Assembly (NCBI GenBank): GCA_951406725.2
Contig: OX597831.1
Location: 41,478,001-41,542,000 of the forward strand
Origin: Octopus vulgaris
Taxonomy: Eukaryota
DNA length: 64,000 nucleotides
Direction of reading: 5' to 3'
The translations under genes were made by a program, and so were the position numbers. Within the stretch, counting starts at the first letter, position 1. Each line of letters opens with the position of its first letter. This document shows, piece by piece, positions 55,720 to 64,000 of the stretch. The notes below the pieces were generated by a model. The model did no database searches. It saw nothing but the letters and a program-made list of their open reading frames with translations, and was not told where the DNA came from.

Positions 55720-55849
55720 GTGAGTATTTCTTTGTTCTTTGTCTATTCTCTTTTCTTATTCTTTTTTCTTATTCTCTTTCTGTACACACATACATACATA
55801 CCTCTTTTCTTTTTTTCACTCTCTGTGTGTGTATACATATATATATATG

Positions 55850-55935
<86 letters not shown>

Positions 55936-57449
55936 AGGGCGCATGGTTCAGTGGTTAGAACGTCGAGCTTACAATCGCGAGGTTGTGAGTTCAATTCCCG
56001 GACCGGGCTGTGTGTTGTGTTCTTGAGCAAGACACTTTATTTCACGTTGCTCCAGCTAACTCAGCTGCAGAAATGAGTTGCGACATCAGTGGTGTGGAGA
56101 GGGGAGGCTGGTATGTATGGGTGACTGCTGGCCTTCCACAAACAGCCTTGCCCGGACTTGTGCCTTGGAGGGTAACTTTCTAGGTGCAATCCCGTGGTCA
56201 TTCATGACCGAAGGGGGTCTCCTCCACCTATATATATATATATATCGAAGACCTGTTGAGGCAAGTGAAATCAAAATCAAAATCAAATTCGATGATTGGC
56301 ATCCATGTTAGCGGGGTGCAAAGAGTGCCATACGAGTGTGATCATTGACAGAGCGGCTAACCGGCTTCCGTGCCAGTAGCACATAAAAGGCACCATTCGA
56401 GTGTGATTGTTACCAGCGTCGCCTTACTGGCACTTGTGCCCGTGCTGGTAGGGTGCCAAGAGCACCATCCAAGCGTGATCATTGCCAGAGCAGCTAACTG
56501 GCTTCCATGCCGGTGGCACATAAAAGGCACCATTCAAGCGTGATCATTACCAGCGTCGCCTTACTGGCCCCCCATGCCGGTGGCACGTAAAAAGCACCCA
56601 CTACACTCAGAGTGGTTGGCATTAGGAAGGGCATCCAGTTATAGAAACTCTGCCAGATCAAGATTGGAGCCTGGTGCAGCCATCTAGTTCGCCAGTCCTC
56701 AGTCAAAATCGTCCAACCCATGCTAGCACAAGGGCTAAATATAGAGGGGACAAACAAGGGCAGAGAAAGGGATTAAGTCAATTACATTGACCCCAGTGCG
56801 TAACTGGTACTTAATTTATCGACCCCGAAAGGATGAAAGGTTAAGTCGACCTCGGCGGAATTTGAACTCAGAATGTAAAGACAGACGAAATACCGCTAAG
56901 CATTTCGCCCGACATGTTAATGCTTCTGCCAGCTCGCCACCTTCTACAGTTTCTGTCTACCAAATCCACTCATAATGTATTGGTAAAAGACACTTAACCA
57001 AAGTGTTGCACAGCAGAACTGAAGCTGAAATCGTGTGGTTACCAAGCAAGCTTCTTAACTATAAAAAAAAATAAATTGTTTTCAAAAGGCGGTGCTCCAG
57101 CATGGCTGCAATCAAATGACTGAAACAAGTAAAAGAATAAATGTAACCTTGTCAGATGACAATTAACTTCAATGTGGTCTTCCAATATAGAAACTCCCCC
57201 CTTTGATCTAGTGACTATGAAACTATTCTGTGGCACCCACACACAATTTGTAAATTAACCTGAAAGAATATTTCTCTCCCACCGCCTCTTCTTTCACAGC
57301 TGTGAAGTTAATGTTAAAGAGAGTACCACCTGTCACTTGTATCACTGTGTCCACCAGACTATTGATGTTGTTACACATCACTGATCACAATATGTTTCCC
57401 ATGCTCTCTTGATTCCACCCTCCTTTTCCTTCCTGTCCGAATGTTTTTT

Positions 57450-57690
57450 TACAATTTCTTGGTTACCACTCAGTAACTGCACAGGTCTACCTGTTGCCTG
57501 TGAACTTTGCTACATGTCTGGGCCATCAGAACTTGAGCTTTTAGTAGTCTGCAATCACATCATGTACTCTGGTCCATTCATTTCAGATTTGCTCTTGAAA
57601 GGATATTCTTTGCATGGATCTTTTCATGGTCCTTTGCATTATATTCAATTGACATTCTTCTCTTTTGAAAGCTGCTCAAAGTAAAACGAG
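57450..57690 (-). mobile_element. RTE-like LINE C-terminal relic in the MANEA intron
   Basis: Minus-strand translation ...WPRHVAKFTGNR*TCAVTEW*PRN resembles RTE WAGHVAR..DNRWT..V.EW.PR. Confidence 0.55.
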
Positions 57691-57789
57691 TACCAAGTTG
57701 TTTTAAATACCTACTCTAGTTGATTTATATGAGATATGAATGCAGATATCGCTGTGTGATTAAAAAAAGGTCACTTTGGTTTTGGAACA

Positions 57790-58039
57790 TTTATAAATAT
57801 TAACTTTTGGTGGCTCTTTTTCAACAAATTTTATTCAACAAAATCAATAACAGCATGTAACAAAAACATCTTTAAATGATTATTCCGGAGCATATACACC
57901 ATCTACTTCAATTACTGCTTCCTATTTGCTTGGCAGACGGTCAGACTGTCATTTAAAGATGTTTTTGTTAAATATTGTTATTATTTTTAAAAATAAAATT
58001 TGTTGAAAAAAGTCGCAATAATTATGCACCAACCCAATA
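57790..58039. mobile_element. mariner-like MITE relic
   Basis: Internal inverted arms and right end TTATGCACCAACCCAATA (mariner-type TIR). Confidence 0.45.
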
Positions 58040-58741
58040 GATCTCTTTAAAACATAAAGTTTTTATCACAGACCCATGAGGTTATTTGATATCAAAAGGG
58101 TTAATCCTATCATAGGGATTCAGTTTAACATGAGCACTGTACAATATTCATTTATAACCAAATCCTAACTTGGCTCAGCTCACCTAGTTGTAAATGGGTT
58201 GTTTTGGGGAGTAGTTTGTTCTGTATTCAACGAATTGTGAAATGGCCTGGTTTAGTGGTTAGGGTATTTGGCTCATGATTGTAAGGCCATTTACAGCTGA
58301 GTAGACTGAAGCAACGTGAAATAAAGTGTTTTGCTCAAGAACTCAATGCACCACCTGGTGTGGAAATTGAAACCACAATCTTGCTATAATAAATGCAACC
58401 TCTAGGCCGTGCACCTTCATTTCAAGCATCTACTGCATAGTCACTTCACATTCTGTCTCTGAACCTAAGGTGGCGAGCTGGCAGATCTGAGTTCAAATTC
58501 CACCGAGGTCGACTTTGCCTTTCATCCTTTCAGGAGTTGATAAATTAAGTACCAGTTGCATACTGAGGTTGATCTAATTGACTGGTCCCCCTCCCCCAAA
58601 ATTTGGGGCCTTGTGCCTAGAGTAGAAACGATTCTTTCTGTGAACCTGTTTGCCCATCCACATACCTACCTACCCACCCATCTGCCTACACACCTATCAA
58701 CCAAGCTCATTTTATTTTTCTCTCTGTCTCTCTTTTGCTAG

Positions 58742-58851
58742 GCTGTATTGCAGTTTCATGGTACCCTCCAGGACTTGCTGATGAGGAAGGCCAACCTCCT
58801 GATAGACTGATGCCCAAACTATTTCATTCTGCTTCGAAACATAATCTGAAA
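58742..58851 (+). CDS. MANEA: MANEA-like second coding exon (110 bp; not in ORF track)
   Basis: Polypyrimidine tract ctctgtctctcttttgctAG; translates (G)CIAVSWYPPGLADEEGQPPDRLMPKLFHSASKHNLK, homologous to vertebrate GVLALSWYPP...AHKYNLK; phase-compatible with the previous exon; donor AAA|GTAAGT. Confidence 0.92.
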
Positions 58852-58959
58852 GTAAGTAAAAGCGAAATTGTTTTTCGTCAAAATACCCAACGAAAATATA
58901 AGATAAATTAACAGTAACAACAAACCAATGAGAGAATCTTCATTAGGTCACCTGATTTA

Positions 58960-59635
58960 TTCTATAGGTTGTAACATATTTCGTCTAAAATTTCTTGCAT
59001 TTCGGCAATTTTAACCAATCATTTACCTCCATTGACGTAAATAACATTCTGTGCATAATGAATATGTCCCTCCTTTAAGATACAGATTGGGTTTATTTAC
59101 ATTTGTGAAGAAAAAAAGATACCCTTCCCCAACCCCTAACTCTAACTCTAACCTTAAATCTGAAATAGATTGAAATGCAATAGATCGATACTAGGGCCAT
59201 AATTATGGGTGACATTTTCATTTGACACCGCTAGAAAAAAATCCCATTTTCCGTAGTGGTGTCGTATGAAATTGTCACCCATAATTATAACCCTAGTGTC
59301 GATCTATTGCATTTCAATCTATTTTAGATTTAGGGTTAGGGGTGGGGGAAGGTTTTTTTCCTTCACAAATGTAAATAAACCCAATCTGTTTCTTAAAGGA
59401 GGGACATATTCATTATGCACAGAATGTTATTTACGTCAATGGAGGTAATTGATTGGTTAAAATTGCTTAAATGCAAGAAATTTTAGACGAAATATGTTAC
59501 AACCTATAGAATTTTCTCAATAAAGCCAAGAGAAAACGATGTTTTATAAACACATTCTACCAGTATACGAAGCTTAAAACCTTTTAGTTACCTAGAAATT
59601 ATGTTACAAACTGCCGTTCAAAAGGAAAAGATCCA
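58960..59635. mobile_element. Two inverted partial copies of the same Merlin-like MITE (another partial copy at 62525-62692)
   Basis: 58960-59240 mirrors 59250-59511; ends in the TIR-like AACTGCCGTTCAAAAGGAAAAGATCC. Confidence 0.75.
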
Positions 59636-59946
59636 ATTTCTGTATAATCGTAATCTATATAATTTGAAACATATCTTAGGAGGGGGCAAAAATCATTAAA
59701 AAACATGCATTTTTAAAGAAAGTTATGAAGGAACAAAGTCGACAGAGGTTCACATGTCTGTATGAGTTATGACCCCCAAAAAGTTACTTAGGGTCAATTT
59801 ACGAAACGGTAGTTTTTGCGTAAATGATGAATTCCCGGTACAAAACAGAAGCAACCATTTAGAAACGATCTGCCATATTCACTGTTTACCAACAATTCCA
59901 TTTTATAAAAGTGACAACTAATTAAACTGAGTTAATCACAGTTTTA

Positions 59947-60371
59947 GGATTTTTCGGTTTGAATGGCAGTTTTTAAAAATAATTTCCACGTAACTAAACA
60001 CTTAAACTTCGTATACTGGTAGAATGTGTTTATAAAACATCTTTTTCTCTTGGCTTTATTGAGAAAATTCTATAGTTTGTAAGATATTTACTGTTTTTTT
60101 TTTCTTCAATTTCTGCAATTTCAACCAATCAATGACGTCTATTGAGGTGAAAACAGTCTGTGCCGTATGAAAATGTCCCTCGTTTAAGAATCAGATTGGG
60201 ATTATTTACATTTGTGAAGAAAAAAAGATACTCTTCCCCCACCCAACCCTAACTCTAACCCTAACCCTAAAATAGATTGAAATGCAATAGATCGATACTA
60301 GGGTCATAATTATGGGTGACAATTTCATATGACACCTCTAGAAAAAACTGCCGTTCAAACCGAAAAGATCC
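59947..60371. mobile_element. MITE with GG-ended ~27-bp TIRs, 8-bp TSD and internal TAACCC repeats (Merlin-like)
   Basis: TIRs GGATTTTTCGGTTTGAATGGCAGTTTT / AAAACTGCCGTTCAAACCGAAAAGATCC; TSD CAGTTTTA at 59939-46 and 60372-79. Confidence 0.85.
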
Positions 60372-60704
60372 CAGTTTTACAACCATTTTATAAGCATAAT
60401 ACCACACGCCTTAAACTTTTTATTGGTATTCGAGTGTTGGCAGTCGTGTAATGTAAATATTTTTCTAATTTTGGTACAAGACCAGCAGTTATGAGGGTAC
60501 GGGAAATCGATCATATCGACTCCAGTGCTCCTCAACTGGTAGTTATTTTATCGTTCCCGAAGGAGTGAAAGGCAAGTTCGATCTTTATGGCATTTTGTCC
60601 GGCGTGGTAAATAGTTCTGTCTGCTCGTCGCTTAATGAGCCTCTGAGATCACTAAAACTAATTAAACTGATTTAATGACAGTTTTACAATCTCTTTATAA
60701 ACAA

Positions 60705-61078
60705 CTAGCAGTATCGCCCGGCGTTGCTCGGGTTTGTAAGGGAAATAACTATATAAGCATTTTTAGAGAGTTATAGCCAAAAAATAGCAAAAAAAAATTG
60801 CATTAAAAATGGAAAAAAAATGATGGTAAATTTTTTAAAAATCGTTGACTCATCGTAGACATTTTTAGAGAGTTACTTCCCTTATATAATAGCGAAAAAA
60901 ATGATGGTAAATTATTTTTAAAATCGTAGACTCATCGTAGACGCGCGCTAATACCCAGAAGGGCTTGATATGAATCACGACTATCCGCTTTTGGTTACAC
61001 TGCACCGCAAAATGTGGGAGTAGTTAGGAATCTAAATCGTAGGAGACAGACACACAACTTGACTTTTATATATAAAGA
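60705..61078 (-). mobile_element. Non-autonomous Helitron
   Basis: Minus strand starts A|TCTTTATATATAAAAG and ends with the hairpin CCCGAGCAACGCCGGG (60717-60732), then CTAG|T; A-T target, no TSD. Confidence 0.85.
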
Positions 61079-61821
61079 TAAAATTATTAAATACTCTATT
61101 TATGAACTTTTGGAGACATACGAGTGATTCATAATAGTTTGTATGGTCTCTTTGTTTTTTTTTGTTTTTTTGTTTTCGTTTGTGTAACAAGTTTACGAAC
61201 CCATTTTTTTTTGTTACTATCTTTTATATTGAATAACTAAATGTATAACATTTATTAAACATTGCTTTGAAATGATTAAATGATCTGTATTGGTATATAT
61301 TTAAAAAAAAAAATTCTGTTAACATTTCCTTGCTAAGAATTAAAAGAATTATATGAGACGCAGGCGTGGCTGTGTGGCTGAGAAGTCCGCTTTGCAACCA
61401 TGTACTTTTAGGTTCAGTCCCATTGCACGGCACCTTGGAGAAATGTCTTCTACTGAAGCCCCGATCCTTGTGAGTAGATTTAGTAGACGGAAACTGTGAG
61501 GAAGTCCGTTGTGTGTGTGTATTCTTTTACTTGTTTCAGTAATTTGACTGTGGCCATACCGGAGCACCTCAGGACTTATTCTTTGTAAGCCTAGTTCTTA
61601 TTCTATCAGTATCTATTGCTGAACCGCTATGTTATGGGGACATAAACACACCAACATCGGTTGTCAAGCGATTGTGGGGGATAAACAGACCCAAAAACAT
61701 ACATACGCTATAGTAGAAGACGCTTGCCCTAGGTGCCATGCAGTGGGACTGAACCCGGAGCCATGTGGTTGGGAAGCACGTGTGTGTGTTGTTAAATTTT
61801 TTTCAACTACATATCATTCTT

Positions 61822-61974
61822 TCGGTATACCTCTCAGGAATGTCAAAATTCGATCATATGGGACCGTAATTATTTATTTACTTTTGTATTCATGACCTTT
61901 GGAAGGCGACATTTGCTCTGAAGGGAGAGCCGAAAGTGAAAGATATATGTACGTGTATATGAAATAGACCTGTC

Positions 61975-62054
<80 letters not shown>

Positions 62055-62490
62055 TGTGTGTTGTCATGTATGTATGTGTAAGTGGCACTGAAAGGCTCTC
62101 TCTCTCTTTCTCTCTCACACACATTATCTTTCATATACACGTACATACATAAATATATATGCATACATCTTTTTTGTAAGTGTGCGTGTGAAACAGAGAG
62201 AGAGCGAGAGAGTGTGTGTAAGTGAGAGAGTGAAGGTGTGTGTTGTCATATATGTATTTTTTCGCATGTGTAAGTGGCATTCTCTCTCTCACATTATCCT
62301 TCGTATGTACGTATACAAGACAACACACCCCGTCACTCACTTTCTCTCTCACACACACGTCCATTTCATACACACGTACATACTTCTTTCACTCTCTCCT
62401 CTTTCACTTTAAAACAACTTTTACAGAAATTAACCAACAATCATATGGTCCCACATAATCGAATTTTGACGGTCCTGAGGGGTATACCGA
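61822..62490. mobile_element. Putative MITE with ~45-bp inverted termini
   Basis: TCGGTATACCTCTCAGGAATGTCAAAATTCGATCATATGGGACC vs GGTCCCACATAATCGAATTTTGACGGTCCTGAGGGGTATACCGA. Confidence 0.55.
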
Positions 62491-62874
62491 CCCCCAATAG
62501 AAAGTACAAGAAAAATTTTTTTTGATTTTTTCGGTTTGAACGGCAGTTTTTTTCTAGCGGTGTCATATGAAATTGTCGTCCAAAATTATGACCCTAGTAT
62601 CGATCTATTGCATTTCAATCTGTTTTAGGGTTAGGGTTAGGGGTGGGGGGAAGGGTATCTTTTTTTTCTTCACAAATGTAAATAAATCCAATGACCGGAA
62701 CAAAAGATAAATTTCCCATCTGATTCTCGCACTTTTGAAAAAATAGGCTAATCAAGATTGCTTCTCTCTGATTATTCTAGAGCTCCTCATAGCAGATAAG
62801 TACCCTTATATAGGTAACAATTCAGTGCGCAAAGTCTCGGCTTCGACTGAGTTTTCCACTAATTTTAATTTGTT

Positions 62875-63121
62875 TAACATAAGGGACATCAGCCATCTGA
62901 ATGTGGCTAGGGACAGGGCAGGGCGGTGGGGGTGTTACTGATGCATTTAGCCCCAGGCGATCATCAACGTCACCAGGAGGGTTGACACCATCACGGTGTC
63001 CTCTAGCCTGCCAGCCCTCCTGGTGACGTTGATGATCGCCTGGGGCTAAATGCATTAGTAACACCCCCACCGCCCTGCCCTGTCCCTAGCCACATTCAGA
63101 TGGCTGATGTCCCTTATGTTA
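62875..63121. repeat. Near-perfect GC-rich inverted repeat (fold-back, ~110-bp arms)
   Basis: TAACATAAGGGACATCAGCC...GGAGGGTTGAC / GCCAGCCCTCC...GGCTGATGTCCCTTATGTTA with a ~25-bp spacer. Confidence 0.9.
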
Positions 63122-64000
63122 TGGAGCAGTTACTGTTTATATCTCGTTTAGAGAATTATTATTGCTTTAATTTGTTTATTCTCTATATATATAAGAAATG
63201 AGTTAATGCAAGGGAAATAACTCTGATCAATATTTATCTTTCTCTTGCCTCAGCTGTTCGTCTGTCTGTATTTTGTTGTGGTTTTGAGATGACTAGCCCC
63301 ATTTTTTGGACGATAATTAAAGACGAAAAACAAAGGGTATGTTGCTTATGCAGGACACAAACATCTGTGACAGTTGCAGAAGCAATGTCAATGTGAAAAC
63401 ATGGTGACAGACACAGAGAAACGTGATCGCGTGTATACACGCACGAAACGGAACCGCGCAATAAGAGCGACCTTTCCATGGCAAGGTCCTCAGTTTCGCA
63501 TATATATATATATGTGTGTGTGTGTCTGTGTATGTATATATATATATATATGTATGTATGTATGTATGATGTATATATATATATATTGTCAATAGAGTGG
63601 GATATATTAATCATAGTGCACAGTATTATATATATATATATATATATTATGGCCGAATTTATCAATCGGTTTCTCACTAGGTGACGAGCACATGGTGTTA
63701 CATAACCGGGCTGTTATCTCATATTACTTTAGATACCCAGTGCCAAACCAGTCGGTAAGATTGTGTATGTGTGTGTGTGTGCGTTTGCATTGGAATATAT
63801 ATATATATATATATAATAATAATATATACCGGATACATTTCAAGAAAGTGTGTTTTTGTATATATGGGGGGGGGTTAGGGGGGGAGAAAAGGGTTTCTGT
63901 TATCTTCAGAAATGTAAACAAAGTCACGTGTGTACTTATACCGAAGGATCGCCTAGAAATGCACGAACGATTGTGGTGGTGCCATGAAGTAAACATGCTT

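Noticed and set aside
55720-55958. C-terminal hydrophobic extension of the 276-aa ORF
   Set aside because: Intron read-through after the GTGAGT donor; homology resumes at 58742.
58775-58806. CTGATGA followed by a hairpin inside the MANEA exon
   Set aside because: Followed by GATA rather than GAAA, no stems I/III, and explained by the codons for A-D-E-E-G.
59128-59156. TAACCC runs as interstitial telomere
   Set aside because: Only a few degenerate units, always at the same position inside the MITE family.
63460-63500. Minus-strand CTGAGGA...GAAAGGTC
   Set aside because: Stem II only ~1 bp and no stem I; better explained as a simple GACCTT/AAGGTC hairpin.

Overview
AT-rich, microsatellite-saturated animal genomic DNA. 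The SINE families and repeat landscape suggest a coleoid cephalopod such as Octopus (inference). Nearly all ORFs in the supplied track are artefacts of simple repeats. The only host gene I can support is a MANEA-like Golgi endo-alpha-1,2-mannosidase (GH99) on the + strand, with two coding exons (55128-55719 and 58742-58851); the remaining exons were not found and presumably lie beyond the window. The rest is mobile DNA: at least four SINE families, LINE relics (CR1/L2-like, Tx1/L1-like, RTE-like, R4-like), a decayed Tc1 element, and mariner-, piggyBac-like, Merlin-like and Helitron non-autonomous elements. The most striking signal is about a dozen minimal hammerhead-ribozyme motifs (CUGANGA...GAAA...NUH, often with a palindromic stem III) from several different sequence families. 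Most sit in or near (TA)n/(TG)n tracts, and several occur in fold-back inverted duplications, which is the signature of Penelope-like retroelements or retrozyme-like RNAs. All calls were made by eye; repeat boundaries are approximate.
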